Part shown: in pieces, positions 25,415 through 38,030 of the stretch
Position numbering within the stretch: the first letter of the stretch is position 1
Layout of the letters: each line of letters begins with the position of its first letter
DNA from: Callorhinchus milii
Lineage: Eukaryota
Assembly: GCF_018977255.1 (NCBI RefSeq)
Contig: NW_024704743.1
Span: 52,082,001 to 52,146,000, forward strand
DNA length: 64,000 nt
Direction of reading: 5' to 3'
Made by a program: the position numbers and the translations under genes
Notes under the pieces: generated by a model
What the model was told of the DNA's origin: nothing
Databases searched by the model: none
The model's input: only the letters and a program-made list of their open reading frames with translations

Positions 25415-26634
25415 TTACCTATTTGCGTATTATTGCAGATTAGAACATTGTTTTTAATATACATTACTTTTTTAATGTCAGCAGCTTTTTACATAAATTC
25501 AGACAAATTATGAGGTAAATTATGAAATTATGAACAGTGGGGGTTACCTTTTTATTATTGATCAACTCTCTGTATTCTATGTATAACATGAATCAGTGCC
25601 ATATTCTAGTTAAAATCCTGCAGCTTTCCATGAGGTGCCTATTAATTTAATCAAAGATAAAGCTTTGGCAGATTATTTTTAACTATGGGTGACTACCATC
25701 TTGCTTTAGTGACTCATAATAAATACAGCATTTCATATCAGTAATTTTGTTAATATTGATTAACCATTTTCTCTGTTTCCTTTTATTTTGTTCTGCTTCA
25801 TATCCCTGATTACCTTTGTGCACCTCCTTTGACCAGGCAGGTTATAAAGGTCATCGTAAGAGAGGGTTTATAGTTTATAGACACTTGTAATAGGATTCAT
25901 GAGCCATCATACAAGATGCTGTGAACATGCTATGGGGTGTAATCTACGGGATTTGTTAACAGGATTTCTTAATAAGAAATTGGGGACATGTAAATATTGA
26001 ATCCTAAAAGAAACCAGGAGTGTGTCAAGATGAGCCTTTGCATCGCTGATCTTCTGTGATGTACACCTGGCCTGGGGTTCTCCCAGGTCTGTGGATATTA
26101 AACTCCGACATGAGAAAATACTGTATAAAGGTTGCCATGAGAGGATGTAACGACCGCTCTGAAATTGACTGCATGTGGCACTTTCAAAGAGATTCTGTGA
26201 GCCTAGAGCACATTAAGAATGTGAATTGTTTATATAGGGCACCATGAGAGAGGATATGAAGAACACTATCAGAAAGGATACATAGGACACCATGACAGGA
26301 GATGTGATACCTCCATGGTTTACAGTCTGTTGATCAGATTGACGCATATTTCCGTGTTTTGAGGTGCAGTGTCTGTCTCATAACATTGACTCTCACGTTC
26401 ATTGAAGAAGCCCAGTTGAGATCTGACAAAATGCAGGCTAACTGCTGACAACCAGGCATCCATAGAAACATATGAATCATATTTGCACGTAGCGCACCAC
26501 TGCAATAGATTCCTTCTTCCCATGTGAAGTCTATTCCCCAACCTCTAAGATCATTTTCTCCAATTCCTTCATTGCTGACCCACTTTGCTCCACCTTTCAC
26601 AGAGTTGAACTCATTCAGAACTCCATAGCACAAG

Positions 26635-26760
26635 TTCTCTCCTGTGCACTTTTCGCCCACAAAATATACAGTCAATTCACTTTATAGTATATTCTGTGAA
26701 CCGCCGTGAGATGTCTCAAAGATGTGATAAGGCGCTATATCAAATGCAAGGATTATTGTC
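26635..26760 (+). mobile_element. SINE 3' tail fragment
   Basis: cgcccacaaaatatacagtcaattcacttt...ggcgctatatcaaatgcaaggattatt. Confidence 0.8.
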
Positions 26761-27196
26761 AGCACCAGTAATAATCTCTACCAAGCTTCTCTGACTCACT
26801 GTCCTTCAGTGAATTCACTTTAAATCCACTCCTCTACAACCACCCCGACTCCCACCAACTTTGTCCCCATGATTTGGCCTGAAGCTTTCTGTGACTTCCG
26901 TTGTGGTATCAAAGGAAATTATTAAGCTAGGATTCTGTGAGGTAGCCCTCAATCACTGTGCTTTCCGTGGGCAGCAACAACATGGCAGTTTAGAAATCAT
27001 CGGCCTTGTTTTGGGCCCCACCAGTGTACTGAAATCAGGAAAAGGCTCCCATTAATCCATAACTAATGACTTGCTGGATCGCAAATTTTCTTAATGTGAT
27101 AATCACTCCAAATAGATTCATAAAGGGTACAGCTCAGAAGCAGGTCTTTCAGCTCATCCAGTCCAGCTGTTGTTTATGCTCCATGTTGTATTTGGA

Positions 27197-27605
27197 TCAA
27201 CCTTGCACAGTTGGGAGCAATCTTGACTCTGTGAATTCACTCCCTACCTTGGAAATTGAACCCACATAATCTATGCTGACACTCCAGTGCAGGGCTGGGC
27301 GCATATTGCATTGTGATAGGTGCTGTGCTTTGGATGAGACATTAAACTGAAGTCCCGGATGCCTGTTTAGGTGGATGATAAGGATCTCATGACGGAGTTT
27401 CACCCAGGTTCCTGGCCAAACAACTCCTCCCCCCCCCCCCCCAATAGAATTGGTCATTTGTTTTATGGCTGTTTGTAGGACATGTCTGTGTGCAAATGAG
27501 CTGCCACATTTGCGAACAAATACACGGCCACAGTAAAATACTGTGAAGTGGTTTGAGACATCCACCCGACATGAAAGGTGCTATAACAAATGCAAGGATT
27601 ATTAT
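27197..27605 (+). mobile_element. Deu-domain SINE, near full length
   Basis: gctgacactccagtgcag...ggatgagacattaaactgaag...aggtggatg...cctggccaa; L2-type tail. Confidence 0.85.
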
Positions 27606-27784
27606 CAATAGTAGTTTTCACTTCTTCGTCTTTATTTTCAAATAGTCCCATTGTATCATAGTCCCACAATCTATTTGGTCTTACTCTACTTTATCTGCCC
27701 AATCTTCTCTCTCCCTGCATGTTCAGACTGGTTTAGGGCTTGTTAGCTATTGGAAGCAAAGCACTCAGCCAGGATGCCCATAAA

Positions 27785-28035
27785 ACCATAGTAATTTACT
27801 GCATAGAAAAAGACATTCGGCCTGTGGTATGTGTATATGTGCTGGCTCTTTTATGGAGAAATCCTTTCAGTCCCACTCACCTGCCCTTTCTCCACACTCC
27901 TGTATTTTATTCCTTTTCAGACATTTATCTAATTCCTTTTTTGAAGCCAATGTGGATTCTGCCTCAACCACCACCCCTGGCAGGGCATTCCAATTACTAA
28001 TCACTCTATGTGTGAAGAAAATCCTTCTAACAACC
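27785..28035 (-). mobile_element. CR1 LINE 3' end
   Basis: ggcagggcattccaattactaatcactctatgtgtgaagaaaatcc is the antisense of FFTHRVISNWNALP. Confidence 0.85.
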
Positions 28036-28144
28036 TTCTCTCTGAAGGGACACCATCTGCTTACTTAATTCCAGAGAGTATTAGGCGCAGGTTAGCAAGA
28101 GCTGAGGTTTGGGGACTACAGAGTGTGTGTTGAGACTACAGAGA

Positions 28145-28485
28145 CAGTGGAGAGAAGAGCAACGAGGATGAACCCCTGAGTTACAGGAATGAGCTACGAG
28201 CAACAACTAGACAAAGCAGTGTTCTTCAGTCTTGAAGAAAGACATCTTCGAGGGGATCTTGTAGATATATATATGATTTTAAATGGGATTGAGAAATTAA
28301 ATCCAGAACAATATTTTCAGATTTGCCAATCCAAGAGGGCATAGGACCAGGGTTGCAAAGAACAATTTTCGGACAGCCAAAAAGAACTCTGGATACATTT
28401 TTTTAAAAATGTCTTGCTGCTGTGATGGGAAGGAAGAAGGTGGATATTCTGAAAGGATTAAATCAAATGGGCCGAAGGGTGTTCT
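28145..28485 (+). mobile_element. CR1 LINE ORF2 C-terminal fragment
   Basis: VERRATRM..MSYEQQL..FSLEERHLRGDL..IYMILNG. Confidence 0.85.
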
Positions 28486-28769
28486 TTATCTTGTGAAATG
28501 TCTTGACGTTGTAGTGGGGTTGGAGAGTAGTACTTTCTTTTTCTGCAGCTGGAGTTTAATCTCTTTCATCCTTTGTAAAAGGTACTTCCGAAGTGTAAGG
28601 AGCCATTGTTTTAGTTGATGCAAGTTCTTTGAGGAACGTGGAAAGGACAACATGTGAATCATCTTAGATCTTATTTGTTTTCTTTGGTGCAAACATTGAG
28701 TAAAAATGGAGACAAAAAATTCAATTGCCATCATCCCTACCTGGATAAGTGACTACCCACATTAATTCA

Positions 28770-30095
28770 ATGAGTCCACACAAACCCAGTTATTTGCAGC
28801 TATCTGAAGATTATGGTGATAAATTGATTACACTGTATTTAACAATTCCAGAGATGAATAGCTTCCATAATAAATACATAAATAATACTCAAACAACATG
28901 AAGAAGTTCAGTGATAAAGCATAGGTAAAGAAAAATATTAAATGTGTGTGTACTGATGACTACAAAAAAAAACTTGCTAGTGCTGTTCGCCTATGATAAT
29001 GTCTCGGAGTGCCTTATGGATAGCAATCAGGGGAGAGAGAGAAGGGGAAAGGTGACTATAGAGGAATGAAGACCTTGAAATCAAGCCAATGAAAGAGGTA
29101 GGTTTTAAGGCAGCATTTGAAACGGACAGAGAAGGCTGAGATGGTGTAAGAGAGGGAGGAAGTTTCAAATCTTAGAGGCGTAGAATCTGAAAGCTCAGTC
29201 ACCAATGCTAGCACAGAGGGGGGTCAGGGGATGTGCACTAAGCCTGAGTTAACCGAGTGGATGAGCAGAGTACAGGGGTAAGAGGAGAAGAGAGAGATAG
29301 GGAGGTGCTAGGGAATGAAAGGATTTATAGCGGAGAACAAGGAACTTGAAATCAATCCATTGGGAGCTAGTGAGGACTGGAGTGATAGATGTGTGGCGAT
29401 TGGTGTGGGAAAACAAATTAAACTAATCAACATGATGCATGTCATTGCAGACAGTTATCTGAAATGTAGAATTTACACAGAGTGCAAACATTTTTCTGCT
29501 ACCTTTGAGCTAGCATTTGCTGACAGGAAAGCTCTCTCCAGGATGAACTTACCCTCTATATTTTCATTCTCTCTTCTGCTTGCTGTTTTTTCTAAGTGCA
29601 TTTGACACCCACTACTAAAGGCAAAGTAACTTTTACAAGCAAACATGAATGTATGGATCAATATACAGTACAACCCATCTAATTATAATTAAGTCCTATA
29701 GTGGGGTCTGCTCATTTCAGGCAAGATGTTATATGTGCCACTGTATAACTCTAATTATTTGCACAATAGGTCTGTTACCTTTCAGATTGTACACCAATAC
29801 ATGGAAATAGAGTCTACCAGAAAGTTTGTCTAGTTCACCTGACTCTTCAACCTCAAAAGGATTTCAACGTTTGCTTGCCTGGAAGCCCAGACAGAATCAA
29901 TAACAAAGTGCTTTGGGATTCTGCATACATATTGCATCTAATATTTTTCTTTACCTGTGCATTATTGCTGAATGTTTAATAATTTTGTATTTATTATGGA
30001 AGCTTCTGCCTCTGGAGTTGTTAAATACATTGTAATCCATTTTGCACCATAATCTTCAAATAGCTCTTCAGATAGTTGGGCTTGTGTAGACACAT
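28770..30095. repeat. inverted repeat pair (arms 28770-28944 and 29935-30095)
   Basis: Shared blocks include tgaagattatggtg, tgtatttaacaa, agcttccataataaataca and ggtaaagaaaaatatta on opposite strands. Confidence 0.9.
28962..29410 (-). mobile_element. L2 LINE 3' fragment
   Basis: Purine-rich antisense L2 ORF2 end and decayed tail. Confidence 0.7.
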
Positions 30096-30429
30096 GGCAA
30101 CTAATATGTGTAATGCCAGTGTACCACTTTTGAGCACCCAAGATCATTTATTATTATCAGTAAAACCTGTTTTCAGCAACTACCCAACGGACTGGATCAA
30201 AATGGCTTTTATGTAAGGGTGGCCTCTGAGTAAGGGTTCATTGGTCCCTGAATTTTTTTTAAAAAGTCCACTTGTAGACTCCCACTGGACTCCTAGCACA
30301 TTTACCAAAGTCATCTCAAGGGTGAGTTGGGCAGCTGTGGGCATTATACGGGTTCCTCAGTTGGTAATTCACTTAGAACTGGCCTCTGTTAAGGCCCTCT
30401 GAGGTTCAGCTTGTTTGACCCTCAACTAA

Positions 30430-30688
30430 CTGAGTTGAGGAAGAACTTCTTCGCTCAAAGGGTGGTGAAGGTATAGAACTTGCTACCCCAAAGGGCTGTT
30501 GATGCTCAGTCCTTGAACATATTCAAGACTGAGATAGATAGATTTCTTATTGCAAAAGGGATTAAGGGATATGGGGATAAGGCAGGGTTAGGTTATTAGC
30601 TGGAGTTAGATTAAAAGATCAGCCATGATTGAATGACGGGGCAGACTCGAAGGACTGAATGGCCTACTCCTGCCCCTACATGTTATGA
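30430..30688 (+). mobile_element. CR1 LINE 3' end
   Basis: LRKNFFAQRVVKV..LLPQRAVDA..FKTEIDRFL; 3'UTR gatcagccatgattgaatg...ggcctactcctg. Confidence 0.9.
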
Positions 30689-30802
30689 ATCAACAGAAGT
30701 CTATATGCGGGTCCATGGAAATTGGCAATGCATATAAATTCACTTAGAACTGGCCTCCGTAAAGGCCCTCTTAGGTTCAGCTTGTTTGACCCTCAACTAT
30801 CT

Positions 30803-31500
30803 TTTCTACATGACATCTGTGCCATGACCCGCTCTACCTTCCGCCACCTCCCCAACTTTATCCGGGTCCACCACCGTCTCACACCACAGGCCTCTGAGAC
30901 CCTCATACATGCATTCATACCATCGAGGCTTGACTATGCAAACTCCTTGCTTGTCAGCCTCCCCAACTCCTTCCTTCATAGACTGCAAATCATCCAGAAC
31001 TCTGCAGCCCATATCCTCTCCCGCACCAGGCTCCGTGACCCTATCACTGCCATCCTTGCCCGACTCCAATGGCTTCCTATCACTTGGAGGATACAATTCA
31101 AGATCCTGGTCCTCACCTTCAAAGCCCTCCATGGCCTGGCTCCTACCTACCTCTGGAACCTCCTAATCCCCTACCTCCTGCCACTCCCTCCGCTCAGCAG
31201 GCTCCGGCCTGCTTCACGTCCCCCACCTCGCCCGCCCCACCATTGGCAGACAGGCCTTCTGCCCTTAAGCTCCGGAATTCCATCCCGCAGTCCCTCCACC
31301 TCGTCCCCTCCTTTGCCTCCTTTAAGACTTATCTCAATACTCTCCTCTTCGACCATGCTTTCGATCACCCTGTTTCCCCACCTGCCTTCCACCGTCCCCA
31401 ATCCCAACCCCCAGCTCAGGTCTGAAACACCGACTGTCCAGCGCATTGGGATAACCTCTCGAAGTGAAAAGCATTATACAAATGTAATTTTGTTGTTGTC
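30803..31500 (+). mobile_element. L2 LINE ORF2 C-terminus and 3'UTR
   Basis: ETLIHAFIPSRLDYANSLL, LQIIQNSAAHIL, ITAILARLQWLPI..RIQFKILVLTFKALHGLAPTYL; (GTT)n tail. Confidence 0.95.
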
Positions 31501-31619
31501 GTTGAAAGGGCTCTCCTTCCTACAGGGCTAAAAAGAGTAGCCACTGGTTGCGATAGACAGGTGCTTCCTGAATAGAGGTGGTTTATTATTGAAAATCGAA
31601 GGTGGTTTAACTCATTGAT

Positions 31620-31860
31620 GGTGTGCCTTTCACATCAGGAGGACACTGCAAAATGCTTCACAGGATTTATTTGTAAAGTGTATTAATTGTGTATTTTGTA
31701 GACAAATGCAGCAGCCAATTTTCGCACAGCAATGTCCTACAAATTTCCATGAAGCAAATGATCAAGGTTATCTGGGGGATTGTTAGCTAGGCTGCCAGGA
31801 GAAACTCCCTTCTCTTTTCAAATTGCGTCATGGGTTCTTTAATACCTGAACAGGCAGACA
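31620..31860 (-). mobile_element. Deu-domain SINE fragment
   Basis: gcagcagccaatt...ccaggagaaactcccttctcttttcaaat. Confidence 0.8.
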
Positions 31861-32269
31861 GTAATAACAACAGCAACAACTTGGATTTATATAGCGCCCT
31901 CCATGCCGGAGGGCGTCTCAGAGCGCTTAAGACTTCAAATGAACAGAGTGCCGTCAATTCTACAATTGCGGATTCTGAACCACCAAAGAATCTACGTATG
32001 TCCATCCCCGACTCTTTCACACCCTCCCTTTGCACAAGCCTGATTTACATTGTGAAGATATAACACATGGAAGTATTTAGCATGGAGATCGGAGACTTTC
32101 AACCCATCAATGAAGGCAAGGACTGAACCTACGTTCCAGAGATGAAAGGAGTGGCTACCTCACTCAACACTCATCTCCAAAGAAGATGATTCATGGAAAT
32201 GTTCTTTGAAAATGTACCACATATAGGTGTTTGTAATTCTTCCTTAAAACAACTAGTGATACATTTTTG

Positions 32270-32740
32270 CATACACACCTTTATCATGTCCAGGCTTGAT
32301 TATTCCAACACCCTGCTTGTTGGATTCTCCACCTCCTCCCTACACAAGCTGAAAACGTATGTTCTCCTGCTCCAGGCTCCATCACTCACATCCTCACTCA
32401 GTTCCACTGGTTCCCCATCCGCCATTGAATCAAATTTATGATCCTCTTCCGCAATATCTTCATGTCGTTCCTGCAACTATACTGTCAGGTCGCTTCTTCT
32501 GCCCTGTAAACAGTGGCCTGCTTCATGCCCCCCAACCAATCTGCCATTCTACCACTGCTCCCAGCTATCCAAAATTGCATCACGGATTCCTTTTGTCTCA
32601 CCCCTTCCCCACCTTCAAAATCTCCATTTGCCTCCATCCGCTGTCTCCGTTCCCCTGCCCCCTCCAGTCTGGCTCCCAGTCAGCTCGCTCTCTGAGATGT
32701 CATCCCAAAAAGCCGTTGTATATTGTTTATTTTGTTTATT
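32270..32740 (+). mobile_element. L2 LINE 3' fragment (older)
   Basis: IHTFIMSRLDYSNTLLVG. Confidence 0.8.
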
Positions 32741-33339
32741 TTGTTATTACAACAGCATAGTGGTTCACTATATATGTTGATATAACAAAGTCATTGAAGG
32801 GGAGAGAGNAAAAAAGGGAAATAAAGAGGATTGTACACGATTTAGGCAGAAGATAAATAAACAAAACTTGAAAAGTTGGTCTATTAAATTTCCACAGATA
32901 TAATTTCAATGTTTTCATGTTTGTTTTCAGCTCTACCACCTAACATTATTTGCGAAGTAGCTTCTTGTCTTAAATAGAAGAGAATAATTGAATGCTATGA
33001 ATGCAACGCAGACAGATTTCTCCACAAAACATCAGCTGAGAAATCTAACTCAACCCTGAGAGTCTTTTTGTGTTACAACTAAAATGACAGGACTGAATGA
33101 TTTAGTCAATAAAGGCCTAACAACATTGGAAATATTCTTTTATGACAAAACAAATTCCAGAAGGATCTGCCTCAGCATAACTTTTACAATCGATTGAAAG
33201 CAGTCATCTATGAAGTACTGTACCTTCAGCTTCTTCCACATTTTGGTAATTTTATTTGGTGACTTGCTGAGCCGCACCATGTTGAACCCGAAAGGCACCA
33301 AGTTCTTTCACCAGACAGCGCTAACGTATTCTATCACTG

Positions 33340-33530
33340 ACTGGGTAATAGCAGGGCACTATGATTGGCTTCAACATCCCAAGCCAGGCTTAATCACTAT
33401 CTAGCACTCATTTTGGAGGGATCAATGCATGGAGCTTGGGTGAGGACAAGATGAGGTTTAGCTGGGTGGCCCCATGATTAATTAGCTGGCTGAGACTCAC
33501 TATCAAGCCTCACACATTAAGAAAGGTGAG
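33340..33530 (+). mobile_element. ancient SINE-like family fragment
   Basis: gggtgaggacaagatgagg...gactcactatcaagcctcacacattaagaa. Confidence 0.55.
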
Positions 33531-33938
33531 AATATGCCTAACCAAGAAGAGAGAATGTGTCATCAATATTCACAGTAACGCTTAAAGCAGCCACACAACA
33601 TTAAATCACTGCAAACCTTGTTGTTCGTCAAAAAAATTAAAACTACATATTCTGGTTTACTCTCCTCCCATTATCAGCGTACTTTTTTTTATATTGAAGT
33701 CTGCTAAGATTGCAACCAGTATTCACTTAAGCAATAGATTGGTCTTTCTTTTATAAAATATAATTTTATGAATATAAAATATAAAATATATTATATAGGC
33801 GAGGAGAAGCAGAGAGATTGAGGCTTGAAGAGAAATGCATTTAATTTGAAGAGGTGTCATTATTCAGATCCATTACTGAAAGGAGCAACATGCAGAGGTG
33901 AAATCTTCAGTTCAAACAACTGGATAGACTGCTGGGAA

Positions 33939-34545
33939 GACAACAACAATAAATTACATTTCTATAGAGCCTTTCACGTCGAGAGTACATCCCAAGGTAC
34001 TGGAGAGTCAAGGACAAGCAAGGTCTTGAGATCAGGAGGGATAGAGGGCAGGGAGGGTAGAGGTAGGAGGGTGGTGGAAGGCACGGTGGAAGAAGAGTGT
34101 CATGCTTTGAAGGAGGCAAAGGAGGGAGCAAGGTGAAGGGAATGTGGGATGGATTTTCAAAAAGAGTGGACAGAGAGGCTGAAGGACTGACCGCTGATGT
34201 GGAGAAGGCTGGAGCCTGCTGATTGGAGGGAGTGGACAAGTTGATATGACATTAGCAGGTCACAGAGGTAGGAAGGAGCAAAACCGTGGAGGGCTTTAAA
34301 GCCAAAGACGAGGATGTGGAGCCAGAGGAACTGGGCAAAGGTGAAGGTGATGGGGTCATGGAGCCTGGTGCGGGAGAGGATGGTCTGCAGCTGCTGGAGG
34401 GAAGGACGACAAGTAGGGAGTTGGCATAGTCAAACCTAGATGTAATAAATGCGTGGAAGAGGGCTTTGGCGGCCTAAGGGGTGAGACAGTGGCGGAGCCA
34501 AGCAATGATGTGGAGGTGGGTGAAGGCAGAGCAAGTCTTGGCACA
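33939..34545 (-). mobile_element. L2 LINE 3' fragment
   Basis: caacaacaataaattacatttctatagagcctttcacg tail; antisense of the RFDYANSLL motif (gagttggcatagtcaaaccta). Confidence 0.85.
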
Positions 34546-34599
34546 GATGTATTTTGCTAGTCCAGGGAAGTGAATGTAATCCTTATAATAATCTTTGTA

Positions 34600-35480
34600 G
34601 TAGAATCACATGGTATGAGGGCCTTAAAGTTTACAAAGCCAACTTATGTGTCTGAATTCTACAATGGGGAAAAACAAGAAAGGATGGATTCAGTTCAAGA
34701 CAGCTTCTGTATTGACAAAACTCAGTCTTCAAATTTCAGTATAGTCATTTTTATATTAGGGGGGGATGTCTCAAAGCACTTCATACTGTAAAGTATAGTG
34801 ACTGGATTTTGTAGGCAAACGCAGCAGTCAATTTGCACAGAGCAATGTCCCACAAACAGCCATGAAGTGAACAATTAGTTTTATCAAGGTGATTGTTGAC
34901 CAGGATACCAGGAAAAACACCCTTCGCTTTTCGAATAGTTCCATGGAATCTTTAACGTGCACCTGAAGAGCACCTGGAACATTGGATTACCGCTTCATCT
35001 GAAGGAAAAATGAAGTAAATGCTGAGATGTCTATTTTACTTTGAATGAAAATAAGTTTATACTGTTGTCCATTTGAATTGGGCCAGTTGAAAAGAACATC
35101 AGCTAGAGATTTACAGCTGGTCTCGATGTAGTTGGGGGAGTGGGTACAAGTGGAGAGAAAATGGAGAAAAGCACGAATAAATAAAATTCAATCCCACAAT
35201 ACATTTAATAGAAATGAGACAATAAAAGAACCATTAAAACAAAATGTAGACTCCGTTGTAAATAATAATTGTATTTTGTGGCTTTTGTCATTATATAATG
35301 GAGCACACAACTCCAAACTGCTGGAAATGTTTGACTATAATTGAAATTTGAAGTCTGAGTTTTGTGAATGCAAAACCTGTTTTGTACTGAATCCACCATT
35401 TATTGCTTTTCCCCATTGTGGAGTTCAGACACACAAGTTGGCTTTGTAAACTTTAAAGTACTCGTATCTTGCTATTCTAC
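34600..35480. repeat. inverted repeat pair (arms 34600-34747 and 35332-35480)
   Basis: ~148-bp arms with about 24 differences by eye, including an identical block ttaaagtttacaaagccaactt. Confidence 0.95.
34760..35005 (-). mobile_element. Deu-domain SINE fragment
   Basis: gcagcagtcaatttgcacagagcaatgtcccacaaacagc...ccatggaatctttaacgtgcacctga. Confidence 0.8.
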
Positions 35481-36946
35481 AGTACGTTAACCATTTTGAG
35501 ATCCTCAGTTTTTACCTGTCGCACATTTCAACAGATAAGTATAATAACGACCAATTTGACCAATAATAACCAAGCAAGGAATGCTTTCAACCTGATGGAG
35601 ATCAGTGTTGTAATAAACTGTGACGGAGACTAGCTAAGCAAAAGTTTCTTAGCCTCAGATACAGATCAGATACAGCAGCAGAACAATAGGACACAGTTTC
35701 AGGGTTATAAAAGACAAACACCTAATCAGAAGGCAAGCAACAATTGTAAAAGCTGTAAAAAAAAGGATGGAAGAGGACAGGATACTGGACTATTTTAAGA
35801 AGCACCAACAACAAATATTGTGTCTTTCACATAGGGAGGACATCCCAAGGCACTGGACATCTTAGGGTTTGATTATTAATAGGAAGATGATACCTTGAGT
35901 ATTCAAAAAGGAAGAAGCTTTCTTCAGCTGAGGCTCTCTAGTAGTAAATACAACACAAAATTACATTGGTAAAGCACCTTTCACGTCAGGAGGACGTCCC
36001 AAGGTGCTGAACAGTCAGGGATTAGGCAATAGCATGGATCTCTGGCAGTAGCATGGAAACAGGTGAAACCACCTCCAATAGGCGTGGTAGTAACAGGACA
36101 CATAATAAATGACATGTACCAGCCTTGCTGATCCTAAGCATCAAACTTTTACACATACTTCGGGGATTTTCATCTAACCAGGATGATTTCCTGCACTAGA
36201 CATCATTGCTGCAGTTAAAAATGTCAAGTGATTAAAATTTCATGAGCCGATGATAGTGGCTAAAAAAGAATAATCTGGATTATTAATGTATTGCGTTATT
36301 GGTGTGATACTTAGAAATAAAGGAAGCACAGGAAACAAATCCATGTTTCACAATAACCTTGATATAAATAAAAGATATTTTGAAAGTTACATGCAAATGG
36401 CTATTCAAATATTAAAAAATATAATACAGGATTTTTTCATGTTTTACAATTAATTTAAATTAATTTCAGACTTTAGAGAGGGATAAGAACTATAATTAAC
36501 TATAAAATGAATATAGTATATAGATCCAAATTCCTATCTTGATTTGAAAAGTAAATGCTACAAAGGAATGGCATTCACAGTGTCTGCACCATGCCCTGAA
36601 ATATTGACAAGAACTACTTGCCTTGCTCTCAGTGCTGACTCTAACCCCTACAACAGCTGGGCTGTAAAATGTGGAAGCCATTTTGAATCAAACAACAACA
36701 ACTAGCATTTATATAGCACCCTTCAGATGGGGTAGCATCTTGGAGCACTTACCACTGAAAGCAGTTCATATTCAATCAGTTATCCATTTATACAAGATCT
36801 TTAACCAGTTAAAAACGAAACACTGTTTGATATAAAGCAACTTTGAAATTTTTTTCAACGACATGCTCTTTGTACTTCTGCTTTAATAATATATCTTCTT
36901 GCAGACCTACTGGCTGGTCTACAGAATGGGGTCTAAATGTTTATGT

Positions 36947-37317
36947 TAATAATAATAATCCTTGCATTTCATATAGCGCCTTATCACGTTGTTGAGACGT
37001 CTCAAAGCACTACAAAGGATATACTGTAAGTATACTTGGTGTAGCGAAATGCGGCAGCCAATTGCGCACAGCAGTGTCCCACAAACAGTCATGGATTGAG
37101 TGACCAAATTATTAGTGTTTNAAAAAAATATTTGTAGGGACTATTACCCTCAGAAAGCGATTTGCCAGTCAACTAATATCCTGGTTCCCACTAACTGCTA
37201 GGTAAACAGGTGTGTGAAGTAAGAAAACTTGCCTAAGGTTCTGCCCAGCCCAGGAATCAAATCAGGGTGCTCTCGCTTGCGAGGCGAGTGCTCTGCCCAA
37301 TACTTTACAGGACTCTA
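36947..37317 (-). mobile_element. tRNA-headed SINE, long form, full length
   Basis: (TAA)n tail, central actgctaggtaaacagg segment, tRNA-like head. Confidence 0.9.
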
Positions 37318-37922
37318 GCCGATATTCACAACAGGGTTCACAATCCATTTGTAAATATTGCATCCTGCTGGTAGCCAGACAGATGTTATGCTGGCACATG
37401 AAAATTCTACTCCAACATGTCTGGTGGATAGCATTGAGAGTCAGCGCTCAAATGCTGCTTCGTACATTGAAAAAAAAATCGGAGCCTGATCAGTGATATC
37501 CTTGATGGCATTTGAATTCTTTCAAATTAGCCTTAGGATTAAACTGTTATAAAAAACAACAAATTACATTTATATAGCGCCTTCCATGTCAGAATGCATA
37601 GTCAAAGAGGAAGATCTGCAGACAGGAAATCAACAAATCAAATTAGGAAATCAGGCAGGAAATGGGAGAGGGGGCTTGTGTTTTGGTTGAATGGAACGCA
37701 GTAGATATTTGATTGACATGCTAAATCATAGTTGCGGTCACTACTGAATGCTTGCTTAAGATACATCAAAATTATACACTGCAGTTCAGTAATTATAGAA
37801 TGTATTTAATACTGTACTCCATTCCTAAGGTAATTAGCTTTCAGTCCATGCATAAAATGCTTTTGAATACATCATTCACTGCAACTTGTGGTTAGCTAGT
37901 ATTCTATTCTGTGAAGTAAATT

Positions 37923-38030
37923 ACAGTCCAAGCCTCCTAATGTGGATACCTTCAGGATGGATATAACACTCCATTCTTATAATTCCATCTATTGTGGAAA
38001 CAGTACGGGGTGACCCATTAGAACGCGATG
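37923..38030 (+). mobile_element. possible Tigger/pogo-like end
   Basis: TA-CAGTccaagcctcctaatgtggatacc has a pogo-type TIR start. Confidence 0.3.

Larger units (their letters stand above)
30158..31590 (+). mobile_element. Tigger/pogo-like MITE interrupted by CR1 and L2 insertions
   Basis: Left end cagtaaaacctgttttcagcaactaccc...agggtggcctctga; right part gacaggtgcttcctgaatagaggtggttt. Confidence 0.4.

Noticed and set aside
28486..28734. 82-aa basic, helical-looking minus-strand ORF
   Set aside because: No homology recognised and no splice support.
30722..31531. Longest ORF in the window (269 aa)
   Set aside because: L2 ORF2 C-terminal fragment with a frameshift and a non-ATG start; not a host gene.
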